This document shows positions 10,861 through 20,661 of a stretch of DNA of 64,000 bases, in pieces. Position 1 is the stretch's first letter; every line of letters begins with the position of its first letter. The notes beneath the pieces were generated by a model. The model saw only the letters and a program-made list of their open reading frames with translations. It was not told the DNA's origin and made no database searches. The DNA lies in contig JBKBRF010000004.1 in NCBI GenBank assembly GCA_046292385.1, positions 160,001 through 224,000 of the forward strand, written 5' to 3'. The stretch is from Armatimonadota bacterium. GTDB lineage: Bacteria; Armatimonadota; SYMT01. Both the position numbers and the translations under genes were made by a program.

Positions 10861-10936
10861 CACACGGCAAAAAGCGCGACGACTGGCGGCGGGTCGGCCC
10901 CGCGGCATTACACCGCGAGGCCGAACCCAGAACCCT

Positions 10937-12349
10937 CTAGCGCGACACGCTCTTGAACGAAGGCAGCCGCGCCGGCGCCGCCGCCGGGCTCGGGCTTGCT
11001 TCCGGACGTCGGCCCCGGCGGCTGCGGCTGCCGCTGCGGGCGGTGTCCTGCGTGCTTCCGCGCGACTCCCGCACCGGCGCGGAGCTCGTCGGCTGGGACC
11101 GCGTGCCGCTGCTCCGCTTCGGCGGCTGCGGGGCGGGCGCTGCCGGCCGCTCCTGGGCGCGCGGGCGCGCCTGGCCGCGCGGCTGCCGCGGCGGAGGCGG
11201 CACGGAGGGCGCGATGCCGCTCGACTGGTAGTCGAACCCGTCGGCTTTCGCCCGCGGCAGCGACTTCCCGAGCGCCTTCTCGATGTCTCGCAGGCACGCT
11301 TCTTCGTCCGGAGAGACGAACGTCACCGCGTCGCCGCTCGCCTCCGCGCGGGCCGTCCGCCCCACGCGGTGGATGTAGTCTTCCGTCACGTTCGGCACGT
11401 CGAAGTTGACCACGTGGCTCAGCCCGTGGACGTCGATCCCGCGGGCGGCGATGTCGGTCGCCACCAGCACGCGCGCCTCGCCGCTGCGGAAGCTCGCCAG
11501 CGCGTTGGTGCGCTGCGACTGGCTCCGGTTGCCGTGGATCCGCTCGCACGCGACGCCGTGCTTGGAGAGGAAGTCGGCCAGGCGGTTGGCACGGTGCTTG
11601 GTGCGGGTGAAGACGACGACCGACTGCATCTCTTCGCTCTGCAGCAGGTGGAGCAGCAGCGGCGACTTCAGCGTCTGCGCCACGGGGTAGAGCTTGTGCG
11701 CGATCTTCTTGGCGGGAGTCGCCCGGCGCTCGATGTTGAACGTCACCGGATTCACCAGCATGTCGCGCGCCAGCTCCGCGATCGGGCCGGGGAGCGTGGC
11801 GGAGAAGAGCAGCGTCTGCCGCTGCTTCGGCACGTGGCTCAGTACCCGTCGGATGTCCGGCAGGAAGCCCATGTCGAGCATGCGGTCGGCTTCGTCCAGC
11901 ACCAGGTGCTCGATGCCGTCCAGCCGGGCGTAGGGGCGGCTCAGGTGATCGAGCAGGCGGCCCGGCGTGGCGACGAGCACGTCGGCGCCGCGGCGGAACG
12001 CCTCTTCCTGGGGACCCATGCCGACCCCGCCGAAGATGGCGGCGCCGGTCAGGCGCGTGTAGCGGCCCAGGAGCTGCAGGTGCTCGTGGATCTGCGCCGC
12101 CAGCTCGCGGGTGGGGGCCAGGATCAGCGCCCGGGTGCGGCCACGGGGCTGCTTCAGGAGCTGGTTCAGGATCGGCAGGCCGAACGCGGCGGTCTTGCCG
12201 CTGCCGGTGGAAGCGCACCCCAGCACGTCGCGCCCCTCCAGGCCGGGAGGAATGGCGTCGCGCTGGATGGCGGTCGGCTCGGTGAAGCCGAGCTCCTGGA
12301 CCGCCCGCCGCAGGTCGGCGTGCAGCTCGAAAGAATCAAAGTGGGACAT
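10937..12349 (-). CDS. DEAD-box RNA helicase, RhlE-like
   Basis: Q motif, TGSGKT, PTRELA, DEAD, SAT, HRVGRTAR; basic C-terminal tail. Confidence 0.95.
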   Translation of the reverse strand: MSHFDSFELHADLRRAVQELGFTEPTAIQRDAIPPGLEGRDVLGCASTGSGKTAAFGLPILNQLLKQPRGRTRALILAPTRELAAQIHEHLQLLGRYTRLTGAAIFGGVGMGPQEEAFRRGADVLVATPGRLLDHLSRPYARLDGIEHLVLDEADRMLDMGFLPDIRRVLSHVPKQRQTLLFSATLPGPIAELARDMLVNPVTFNIERRATPAKKIAHKLYPVAQTLKSPLLLHLLQSEEMQSVVVFTRTKHRANRLADFLSKHGVACERIHGNRSQSQRTNALASFRSGEARVLVATDIAARGIDVHGLSHVVNFDVPNVTEDYIHRVGRTARAEASGDAVTFVSPDEEACLRDIEKALGKSLPRAKADGFDYQSSGIAPSVPPPPRQPRGQARPRAQERPAAPAPQPPKRSSGTRSQPTSSAPVRESRGSTQDTARSGSRSRRGRRPEASPSPAAAPARLPSFKSVSR

Positions 12350-12641
12350 ATCGATCTCGGCGCGGACTCGCGCTGAAGGGCAGCAAGTCGTCGCGCGAAA
12401 AAAGGCGCCGCATACCGCGGCAAACGGTGTGGAGGCCGTGGAGAAGGGGCAGCCGGGGACCCGCCCTGCGGCTCCGCGGAAGTCAATCCGGGTGCGGCGT
12501 CCCTCCGGGCGGAGGCTGACCGATCACACGGGCCCGGCGGGCGCTGCACGAGGGGGATCCCGATCGGGACCGCCTCCGGAGTGCGCCGCGCACTGCCCAG
12601 AGTGAGGGGGAACAGTGGACCTGGCCGAAGCCAGCACCGTC

Positions 12642-12670
12642 ACGTTATCACGTCCGGAAGATTAAAGCAA
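12642..12670 (-). promoter_or_regulatory. Candidate sigma70 promoter of the helicase (TTGCTT-n17-TAACGT)
   Basis: Read on the minus strand in the AT-richer part of the intergenic region; implies a 5' leader of about 290 nt. Confidence 0.4.
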
Positions 12671-12902
12671 GCAGTTCACTTTGTAGCGTTGAGAGCGAAT
12701 GGCGCTCCTGTCCGTAATCTGGTAGAGTTGAATCGCAAGTTCACATCGGGTTCGTAACGCATTATGGATCACGGAAGCTGTAGCCCGCTCCGCTAGTGCC
12801 TTACCCTCATCGGTGTAGCGCGCTGATAAAACCTGGCAGCGGTGCGGTAGGCCTGCCGCATCCAGCGACCGTCCCCGCTTGGGGAATCTTCCGAGGAACG
12901 TG

Positions 12903-13346
12903 ATGAGCAAGAGACTCTACGTCGGCAACCTGTCTTACGACATGTCGGAGCAGGAGCTGCAGTCCCTTTTCGAGCCGTACGGCGCACGCAGCGTCAACCT
13001 GATCACGGAGCACGATGGACGCTCGAAAGGCTTTGCCTTCGTGGAAGTTGACGACGAGCAGATGGACGCGGCGATCTCCGCGCTGAATGGCAAAGAGGTG
13101 CGGGGACGCAGCCTGAACGTCAATGAAGCGCGGCCGCGCGAGGACCGCGGTGGTGGCGGTGGTGGTTACGGCGGCGGCGGTGGCGGCGGCCGGCGCGGCG
13201 GCGGTGGCGGCGGCTACGGCGGCGGCGGTGGTTACGGCGGCGGCGGCGGTGGCTACGGTGGTGGTGGCGGCGGCTACGGCGGCGGCGGCGGCGGTGGTGG
13301 CCGGCGCGGTGGCGGCGGCGGCGGCCGGGACCGCGGCGGCTGGTAG
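12903..13346 (+). CDS. RRM RNA-binding protein with Gly/Tyr/Arg-rich tail
   Basis: RNP2 LYVGNL, RNP1 KGFAFVEV, long GGGGY tail. Confidence 0.95.
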   Translation: MSKRLYVGNLSYDMSEQELQSLFEPYGARSVNLITEHDGRSKGFAFVEVDDEQMDAAISALNGKEVRGRSLNVNEARPREDRGGGGGGYGGGGGGGRRGGGGGGYGGGGGYGGGGGGYGGGGGGYGGGGGGGGRRGGGGGGRDRGGW

Positions 13347-13599
13347 TTCCTCCTTCGGCCCGAGTTACACTCGGCGGAGGCTGAAAGTCGACTCACGCGG
13401 GCCGGACTTGCTCCGTAACCCGCGTGAGCGCTCTCGAGCGGGAGGGCCTCGCTCTCCTCTCCCCCGATCGAACCAAACCTGCTGTGCGTCTAGGCCCCGG
13501 GGCTTCTCCGGGGCCGTCCGCTGCGCGCGGGTGGAATACAACGTCCTGCAGCCGGCGCTGTGCGGACGGTCTAGGGATGTTTAGGAAAGGTGGAAGATC

Positions 13600-14202
13600 G
13601 TGAAGACCTGTGTCCTGTGTGACCTGGAAAAGCCGGAAGTGTCCCTGGTGCAAGTAGTACCCGCAACCTGGACTGGCTTTGGCCGGTTCGTCGCGATCTG
13701 CCCCGAGTGCCAGTCTTCGGACCGGTTCACCCGCCTGGTAAAGCAGAAGAAGATCGTCTCCGCCAAGCCGGCGAAAGCCGCCAAGGAGAGCACCGAAGCC
13801 GCCACCGCGGTCGCCGAGCCGGAGGCCCCGCGCGTCGTGAGTCCGGGTGTCAAGATCCGGCACCGGAAGTCGGGCGAAGTACTGCTGGAGCTGGAGACCA
13901 AGACGCTGACCGAGGCGTCGCTGGTCGGCGCGGCGCTCTCCAACGCGGACCTGCACGGCACCGGCCTGACGGGCGCGGACCTGCACAACGCCGACCTCCG
14001 CCTGGCCGACCTCGCCGGCGCCGATCTCCGGAACGTCGACCTGCGCAACGCCAACCTGCGCGGTGCCGATCTCCGCTCCACCGATCTCCGCGGCGCGCGC
14101 CTGCAGCGGGCCGATCTGCGGTTCGCGCTCTACGACGAGCAGACCCGCTGGCCGGAAGGCTTCGACACCGTCGCCTCCGGCGCCCAGCGCCAGGGCCGCT
14201 AG
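13600..14202 (+). CDS. Pentapeptide-repeat protein with N-terminal CxxC...CxxC zinc-binding motif
   Basis: CVLC...CPEC; A(D/N)Lxx repeats; C-terminal YDEQTRWPEGFD cap. Confidence 0.85.
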   Translation: MKTCVLCDLEKPEVSLVQVVPATWTGFGRFVAICPECQSSDRFTRLVKQKKIVSAKPAKAAKESTEAATAVAEPEAPRVVSPGVKIRHRKSGEVLLELETKTLTEASLVGAALSNADLHGTGLTGADLHNADLRLADLAGADLRNVDLRNANLRGADLRSTDLRGARLQRADLRFALYDEQTRWPEGFDTVASGAQRQGR

Positions 14203-14212
14203 CCCTTCGATT

Positions 14213-14297
14213 TGGTTGGCAGGTTAGCAGGTTCCAGGTTAGCGTCCCGTCTGCGAGAAGCTAAACTTGCAAACCTGCAACCTGCTAACCTGCAACT
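14213..14297. repeat. Inverted arrays of short repeats (CAGGTTAG-like / CTAACCTG-like) between convergent genes; likely bidirectional terminator hairpin
   Basis: GGCAGGTTAGCAGGTTCCAGGTTAGC followed by GCAAACCTGCAACCTGCTAACCTGC. Confidence 0.65.
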
Positions 14298-14311
14298 TCC
14301 TCCGCCCGCTC

Positions 14312-14635
14312 TCAGACCGTGACCAGGAGCTGTCCGTCCTCTTCCCGCACCGGGTAGGTACGGATGGCGCACGCCGCATCGTTCGCGCAGGCGCCGCCGG
14401 CCAGGTCGAACCGGTAGGCGTGGTAAGGACAGATCACCTCTCCGCCCCCGAGGATCCCTTCGGAGAGCGGCGCGCCGCGGTGGGGGCAGCGGTCCTGGGT
14501 GGCGTAGAGGCTCCCGTCGCGACCGCGGAAGACCGCGATCTCCTGCCCCAGCACCAGGAAGCGCCGCCCTTCCCCCGCCGGAACGCGCTCCACCGCGCCC
14601 AGCAACACTTCGGTCCGTTCCTCTGCCGCGTTCAT
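14312..14635 (-). CDS. nirD: Nitrite reductase small subunit, Rieske 2Fe-2S
   Basis: CPHRG...CPYH Rieske motifs; start overlaps nirB stop by 4 bp. Confidence 0.85.
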   Translation of the reverse strand: MNAAEERTEVLLGAVERVPAGEGRRFLVLGQEIAVFRGRDGSLYATQDRCPHRGAPLSEGILGGGEVICPYHAYRFDLAGGACANDAACAIRTYPVREEDGQLLVTV

Positions 14636-17091
14636 CGTCCACTCCTCGCCGCAGCCGGCGCGCCCAGGCTCTCCAGCGGGATCAGGCTGCCGGAGAACTG
14701 CTCCGGATGGTACGGGCGCTTCGCCTCTTCCCACGGGTCGACGTAGGCGTCGACCGCCCGCTGCATCTCCGCGTCCAGCTGCTCCGCGATCCCGTCCACG
14801 TCGTCGACCAGGAGCGCGCGCAGGCGGTCGATCCCGATCCGCTCCACGAAGGCGTGCGTCCGCTCCATCCACTTTCCGTGCTCCCGGTAGTACTGCATGA
14901 AGCGGCCGGCCAGCAGGAGCGCCTCCTCCTGGGTGCGCACCTCGCAGAGCAGGTCGGCGGCGCGGACCTTGCTCCCCGCCGCGCCGCCGATGAAGATCTC
15001 CCAGCCGTCGTCGACCGCCACGAAGCCGACGTCCTTCACCGTCGACTCGGCGCAGTTGCGGGGGCAGCCGCTCGCCGCGAGCTTGACCTTATGCGGGAAC
15101 TCGATGCCCTGGAACCGCCGCTCCGCCGCCACGCCGAGTGCCGTGGAATCGCCGACCCCGTAGCGGCAGAACTCGGTGCCGACACAGGTCTTGCAGGTCC
15201 GGAACGCCTTGGTGTAGGCATGTCCGCTCGGCATCCCCAGCTCGCGCCAGATCGCCGGCAGATCTTCCTTCTTCACTCCCAGAATGTCGATGCGCTGTCC
15301 GCCGGTGATCTTCACCATCCGCGCCTCGTACCGCTCCGCCACGTCGGCGATCCGCCGCAGCTCGTCCGGCGAGGTGATGCCGCCGTAGATCCGCGGAATC
15401 ACGGAGAAGGTGGCGTCCTTCTGGATGTTCGCGTGGACCCGATCGTTGATAAACCGGGCGTCCCGCTCGTCCTCGTACTCCTCGTTCCAGAGGGAGCGGA
15501 GAAGGGAGGCGAGTCCCATCTTGCTGGCGGCATCTTCCTGCCCGCCGGCAAGCTCGCGGAACACGGCGCTCACGCTGCGGAGGCCGCGCGCCCGGATCTC
15601 CCGCACTAGCTCCGGCTTGGAGTACGGCACGCCCGGCACGTACCAGTCGTCGCGCGGGTCCGGCGGCACGTTCCCCGCGTAGGCGTCGAGCAGCTCCACC
15701 AGCACCGGCTTGCAGCCGCCGCAGCCGGTCCCCGCCTTGGTACAGGCGGCGAGGGTGCTCATGGAGCAGCGTCCGCTGCCGATCGCCTCCAGCAGCTTCC
15801 CCTTGCTCACCTGGTGGCAGGAGCAGACCAGCACGTCGTTCGGCAGATCCTTCACCCCGCCGCCCGCGGCGCCGTCCGATGGAAAGAGTAGGGCGGCTCG
15901 GCGGGCCGGCACGTCGGCGTCGCGATTGAAGAGGTCGAGCAGCGTCGCGGCATTGTCGGCGTTCCCCAGCAGGTAGCCCGCCACCAGCTTGCCGTCCCGC
16001 ACGATGAGCCGCTTGTAGATCCCCGCCTCCGGCTCCGCGTAGCTCACCACCTCGTCGCCCGGGTGCACGTCGGAGACGCGGCCGAGAGAGACCAGGTCGA
16101 CCCCCATGATCTTCAGCTTCGTCGCCAGCTTGGAGCCGAGGTAGAGCGAGTGGGGCGAGGCGCCGGTCAGCACGTCGGCCAGCACCTGCGCCTGCTCGTA
16201 GAGGGGGGCGACGAGGCCGTAGACCATCCCCCGGTGCTGCGCGCACTCGCCGACCGCGAAGATCGACGGGTCGGAGGTGCGGAGCTGGTCGTCCACCACG
16301 ATTCCCCGCTCCACCGGCAGGCCGCAGTCCCGCGCCAGCTCGGAGTTGGCGCGGATCCCGCAGCTGATCACCACCATGTCGGCCTCGAGGGTGGTGCCGT
16401 CCGCCAGCTCCAGGCCGGTAGCGCGCCCGTTCCCGGCGATGCGGCTGGAGCGGCACTCGGTGCGGGCGGCGATCCCCATCCCCTCCAGCGTCTTCCGCAG
16501 CACGGCGCCGCCGTCCGCGTCGATCTGCTGCACCATCAGGTGGGGCGCCACCTCCACCACCGTCACCCGCACGTCGTGGGTCTGCAGCCCGCGCGCCGCC
16601 TCCAACCCCAGCAGCCCGCCCCCGAGCACGATCGCCGTCTCGCAGTCGCGGGCGTACTCCGCGATCTGCCGGCAGTCGTCGAGAGTGCGGAATAGGAAGA
16701 CACCCTCTTTGTCGGTCCCCTCCATCGGCGGGACGAACGGCCGCGATCCGGTGGCGAAGATCAGCCAGTCGTACGGCTCCTCCACGCCGTTCGCGCCGAC
16801 GACGACCTTCCGCTCCCGATCGACCGAGACCACGCGCACCCCGGCATGCAGGGAGATCCCGTTCCGCTCGTACCACTCCAGCGGGTTCATAAAGATCTCC
16901 CGCTCCGACTGCGCGCCGTTCAGCACGTTCGAGAGCAGGATCCGGTTGTAGTTGCCGTACGGCTCGTCTCCGAACATCGTGATCTGGAACCTCGGAGTGC
17001 CGTCGACCTGCTGCCGGGCGAGGATCTCCTCCACCACGCGCGCGCCGACCATTCCGTTACCGATCACGACCACTCGGGGTGCTCTATCCAT
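14632..17091 (-). CDS. nirB: NAD(P)H nitrite reductase large subunit
   Basis: GNGMVG FAD motif; BFD-like CSC...CGGC; HANIQKD; siroheme/4Fe-4S CKTCVGTEFC...GCPRNC. Confidence 0.95.
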   Translation of the reverse strand: MDRAPRVVVIGNGMVGARVVEEILARQQVDGTPRFQITMFGDEPYGNYNRILLSNVLNGAQSEREIFMNPLEWYERNGISLHAGVRVVSVDRERKVVVGANGVEEPYDWLIFATGSRPFVPPMEGTDKEGVFLFRTLDDCRQIAEYARDCETAIVLGGGLLGLEAARGLQTHDVRVTVVEVAPHLMVQQIDADGGAVLRKTLEGMGIAARTECRSSRIAGNGRATGLELADGTTLEADMVVISCGIRANSELARDCGLPVERGIVVDDQLRTSDPSIFAVGECAQHRGMVYGLVAPLYEQAQVLADVLTGASPHSLYLGSKLATKLKIMGVDLVSLGRVSDVHPGDEVVSYAEPEAGIYKRLIVRDGKLVAGYLLGNADNAATLLDLFNRDADVPARRAALLFPSDGAAGGGVKDLPNDVLVCSCHQVSKGKLLEAIGSGRCSMSTLAACTKAGTGCGGCKPVLVELLDAYAGNVPPDPRDDWYVPGVPYSKPELVREIRARGLRSVSAVFRELAGGQEDAASKMGLASLLRSLWNEEYEDERDARFINDRVHANIQKDATFSVIPRIYGGITSPDELRRIADVAERYEARMVKITGGQRIDILGVKKEDLPAIWRELGMPSGHAYTKAFRTCKTCVGTEFCRYGVGDSTALGVAAERRFQGIEFPHKVKLAASGCPRNCAESTVKDVGFVAVDDGWEIFIGGAAGSKVRAADLLCEVRTQEEALLLAGRFMQYYREHGKWMERTHAFVERIGIDRLRALLVDDVDGIAEQLDAEMQRAVDAYVDPWEEAKRPYHPEQFSGSLIPLESLGAPAAARSGR

Positions 17092-19213
17092 GGTGAACCT
17101 CCAACTGCGGGAGAGCGATGGCCTCGGGAGCTGCGGAGCCCGGCTCCAGGACCAGCGGCTCGATGCGGGCCGCGCAGACCTTGAACTCGGGCATGCGGGA
17201 GATCGGGTCGAGGGCCGGGTTCGTGAGACGGTTCACGCATTCGGCCCCGCCCCAGTGGAACGGCATGAAGAGGGTGTCCGGCCGGATCGCGCGGGTGAGC
17301 CGCGCCCGCGCCCTCGCCTCGCCCCGGCGGGTGCGGAGCCGCACCGGCGCGCCGTCCGCGATGCCGAAGCGGGACGCCAGCGCCGGGTGCATCTCCAGCA
17401 GCGGCTCCGGCGCCGCCTCGCGCAGCGCGGGGATGCGGCGGGTCTGCGTGCCGGACTGGTAGTGGCGCATCACCCGGCCGGTGGTGAGGAAGAATGGGTA
17501 CTCCTCGCACGGCTCTTCCGCGGCGGGGCGGTGCTCCACCGCGTGGAAGCGGGCGCGACCGTCCGGCGTGGAGAACCGCTCCAGGAACATCCGCGGCGTG
17601 CCCGCGTGTGTCTCGTCCGGACAGGGCCAGAAGACGCCGTTCTCCGCCTCCACCCGAGCGTAGGTGATGCCGGCGTAGTCCGCGGGGCCGCCGGACGTCG
17701 CCCGCCGCAACTCGTTAAAGACCGTCTCCGGGTGCGTGGGGAACCGGTCGACGCAGCCGAGACGCGCCGCGAGCCCCGCCAGGATCTGCAGGTCGGTGCG
17801 CACCCCGTCCGGCGGCGCGGCGGCGGCGCGGCGCAGCAGCACGCGGCCTTCCAGGTTGGTGAGCGTTCCGGTCTCTTCCGCCCACTGGGCGCTCGGGAGC
17901 ACCACGTCGGCCTCCTCCGCCGTCTCCGAGAGGAAGAAGTCGCAGACCGCCAGGAAGTCGAGCGCCCGGAGCCGCTCCCGCACGTGACCCGCGTTCGGGG
18001 CGGAGACGACCGGGTTCGAGCCCATCACGAGCAGCGCGCGGACCCCGCCTTCGGTGCCGAGGCGGTCGAGCATCTCGTAAGCGGAGAGGCCGGGGCCGGG
18101 GAGGCTCTCCGGCTCCACTCCCCACACCGCCGCCACGTGCGCTCGCGCCGCCGGATCGTCCAGACGGCGGTAGCCGGGAAGCTGGTCCGCCTTCTGCCCG
18201 TGTTCCCGTCCGCCCTGGCCGTTCCCCTGGCCGGTGAGGCAGCCGTAGCCGCAGAGCGGGCGACCCGCCTTCCCAAGCGCCAGCGCCAGGTTGATGAACG
18301 CCAGCGCGGTGTCGGTGCCCTTGCTGTGCTGCTCCGCGCCGCGCGCGGTGAGCACCATGCCGGTCGGCGCCTCTCCCAGCAGGTGCGCCGCTTCGACGAT
18401 CTTTCCGGTGGGGACGCCGGTGAGCTGCTCCACCCGCTCCGGCCAGTAGGCAAGCACCGCCCGCCGCACCCCATCGAAACCGGTGGTGCGCTCGGCGATG
18501 AACGCCTCGTCGAGCAGCCCGTCGCGGACCGCCACGTGGAGCAGCCCGTTCGCCAGGGCGAGATCGGAGCCGGGCACCGGCTGCAGGTGCAGCGTGGCTC
18601 CCGCCGCGATCGGCGTAACGCGCGGATCGACCACCACCAGCCGTCCGCCGCGCCGCTGCTGCTCGTCGAAGTACTGCATCACCGGCGGCATGCACTCCAC
18701 CGGGTTGCTGCCGACCAGCAGGATCGCGTCGGTCCGGGCGAGGTCGACCAGCGGGAACGGGAGCCCGCGATCGATCCCGAAGGCGCGGAGGCCGGCCGCC
18801 GCGGCGGAAGACATGCAGAAGCGGCCGTTGTAGTCGATGCTCGGGGTCCGCAGCGCCACCCGCGCAAACTTGCCCAGGAGGTAGGCCTTTTCGTTCGTCA
18901 GCCCGCCCCCGCCGAAGAGTCCCGCCGCGGAGGCGCCATACCGCTCCTGCGCGAGCTTCAGCTCGCCGGCGATCCGGCTCAGCGCCGCTTCCCAGGAGAC
19001 CGCCCGCAGCGGCTCGCCCCGGCGCGCGCGCATCAGCGGCCGCCTCAGCCGCTCCGGGTGCCGGAGCAGCTCTACGGAGGTCCAGCCCTTCTGGCAGAGT
19101 CCGCCCCGGTTGGTGGGAAACTCCGGCCGCGGCGCCACCGCCAGGCCTTCCTCCGCGGGGACCAGGTTCATCCCACACTGGAGCGCGCAGTAGGGGCAGT
19201 GGGTCGCCGTCAT
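17084..19213 (-). CDS. nasA: Assimilatory nitrate reductase catalytic (molybdopterin) subunit
   Basis: THCPYCALQC...LCQKG 4Fe-4S; NGRFCMSSA; LTGQGNGQGGRE; C-terminal MPEFK. Confidence 0.9.
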   Translation of the reverse strand: MTATHCPYCALQCGMNLVPAEEGLAVAPRPEFPTNRGGLCQKGWTSVELLRHPERLRRPLMRARRGEPLRAVSWEAALSRIAGELKLAQERYGASAAGLFGGGGLTNEKAYLLGKFARVALRTPSIDYNGRFCMSSAAAAGLRAFGIDRGLPFPLVDLARTDAILLVGSNPVECMPPVMQYFDEQQRRGGRLVVVDPRVTPIAAGATLHLQPVPGSDLALANGLLHVAVRDGLLDEAFIAERTTGFDGVRRAVLAYWPERVEQLTGVPTGKIVEAAHLLGEAPTGMVLTARGAEQHSKGTDTALAFINLALALGKAGRPLCGYGCLTGQGNGQGGREHGQKADQLPGYRRLDDPAARAHVAAVWGVEPESLPGPGLSAYEMLDRLGTEGGVRALLVMGSNPVVSAPNAGHVRERLRALDFLAVCDFFLSETAEEADVVLPSAQWAEETGTLTNLEGRVLLRRAAAAPPDGVRTDLQILAGLAARLGCVDRFPTHPETVFNELRRATSGGPADYAGITYARVEAENGVFWPCPDETHAGTPRMFLERFSTPDGRARFHAVEHRPAAEEPCEEYPFFLTTGRVMRHYQSGTQTRRIPALREAAPEPLLEMHPALASRFGIADGAPVRLRTRRGEARARARLTRAIRPDTLFMPFHWGGAECVNRLTNPALDPISRMPEFKVCAARIEPLVLEPGSAAPEAIALPQLEVHHG

Positions 19214-20661
19214 GACGCCGCTCCCAGCGTGACCGGCAGCTCGCGCGTCTCCCGCAGGCCGCGGTCGACGAGCGCCTTTACCAGCGTCTTGCAGGAGCCG
19301 CAGCCGGTGCCGGCACGCGTCGCCTGCATCACCGCGTGGAGCCCGCAGGCGCCGCCCGCCAGGCACTCCAGCAGGTCCCCCTTGCTGACCCCGTTGCAGT
19401 GGCAGACGGTGGCGTCGTCCTCCATTTCCGCCAGCGAGAGCGCTCCGGCCCCGCCGCCGAGGTCGAAGAGCAGCGCAGCGCGCTCGTCCGGCAGCGGCGC
19501 GGCGCGCTCGAACGCCTGGATCAGGTGCGGTGCCCGCGCGGCGTCCCCCAGCAGGATGGCGCCGGCGAGGCGGCCGTCGCGGATCACCAGCTTCTTGTAG
19601 ATCCCGCGGCGCGGCTCCAGGAACTGCACCACCTCGTCCCGCTCCAGGTCCGGCAGCACGGCGCCCATGGCGGTCACGTCGAGCCCGGCGACCTTGAGCC
19701 GCGTGGAGACCCGGGAGCCGGCGTAAGCGGCGCGCTCGTTTCCGACCAGCGCCTCGGCCAGCACCCGCGCCTGCTCCCACGCGGGCGCGACCAGCCCGTG
19801 CACGATACCTCCGTGCTCCGCGCACTCTCCGACGGCGAAGATGCGCGGGTCGGTCACGGAGCGGAGCTGGTCGTCGACCAGAATGCCGCGGCCCACCGCC
19901 AGCCCCGCCGCCGCCGCGGCTTCCACGTTCGGGCGGATCCCGCAGGCGAAGACGACCAGGTCGGCCGGGAGCACGTCGCCTTCCTCGAGCTGCAGGCTGG
20001 TCACGCGCTCCTCGCCGAGCACCGCTTCCGTCTCCCGGCCGAGGTGCAGCCGGATGCCGAGCCCCCGGATCGCGGCAGCGAGGACTGCCGACGCCTCCGG
20101 ATCGAGCTGCCGCTCCATCAGGTGGGGGTGACGGTGGACCAGGTGGACCTCCAGCCCGAGCCCGAGCAGCCCGTACGCTGCTTCGAGGCCCAGGAGCCCC
20201 CCGCCAACCACCACCGCCGTCCGCGAGCTCTCCACCTGCTCCGCGAGACGACGGCAGTCGTCCAGCGTCCGAAACACGAAGACGCCCGGGGTCTCCGTCC
20301 CCGGGACCTCCGGCACGAGCGGGCGGCTGCCGATGGCGAGGATCAGGCGGTCGTACGGCGTCTCCCCGCCATCCGCGTCCCGCACGAGGCGGCGCTCCCG
20401 ATCGATCTCCACGGCGCGGCAGGGCGCGCGCAGGGTCACCCCGTTCTCCGCGTACCAGGAGCGCGGGTGGAGGAAGATCTCCCGCGCCTCCCGCACGCCG
20501 CGGAGGACGTCCGACAGCAGGATGCGGTTGTAGCTGCCGTGCGGCTCTTCGCCGAGCACGGTGATCTCGTACCGCGCGGACCCACCCCGGGCGAGCAACT
20601 CCTGCACCACCCGCGCGCCGGCCATGCCGTTGCCGACCACCACCAGTCGCTCCCGGGTCAT
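19210..20661 (-). CDS. NAD(P)/FAD oxidoreductase, nitrate reductase electron-transfer subunit (NirB N-terminal half-like)
   Basis: GNGMAG, YNRILLS, GGGLLGLEAA, C-terminal CHC...CGSC; no siroheme domain. Confidence 0.85.
   Translation of the reverse strand: MTRERLVVVGNGMAGARVVQELLARGGSARYEITVLGEEPHGSYNRILLSDVLRGVREAREIFLHPRSWYAENGVTLRAPCRAVEIDRERRLVRDADGGETPYDRLILAIGSRPLVPEVPGTETPGVFVFRTLDDCRRLAEQVESSRTAVVVGGGLLGLEAAYGLLGLGLEVHLVHRHPHLMERQLDPEASAVLAAAIRGLGIRLHLGRETEAVLGEERVTSLQLEEGDVLPADLVVFACGIRPNVEAAAAAGLAVGRGILVDDQLRSVTDPRIFAVGECAEHGGIVHGLVAPAWEQARVLAEALVGNERAAYAGSRVSTRLKVAGLDVTAMGAVLPDLERDEVVQFLEPRRGIYKKLVIRDGRLAGAILLGDAARAPHLIQAFERAAPLPDERAALLFDLGGGAGALSLAEMEDDATVCHCNGVSKGDLLECLAGGACGLHAVMQATRAGTGCGSCKTLVKALVDRGLRETRELPVTLGAAS

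Noticed and set aside
13147..13340. GGC/GGT tandem repeats as an array
   Set aside because: They encode the glycine-rich tail of the RRM protein
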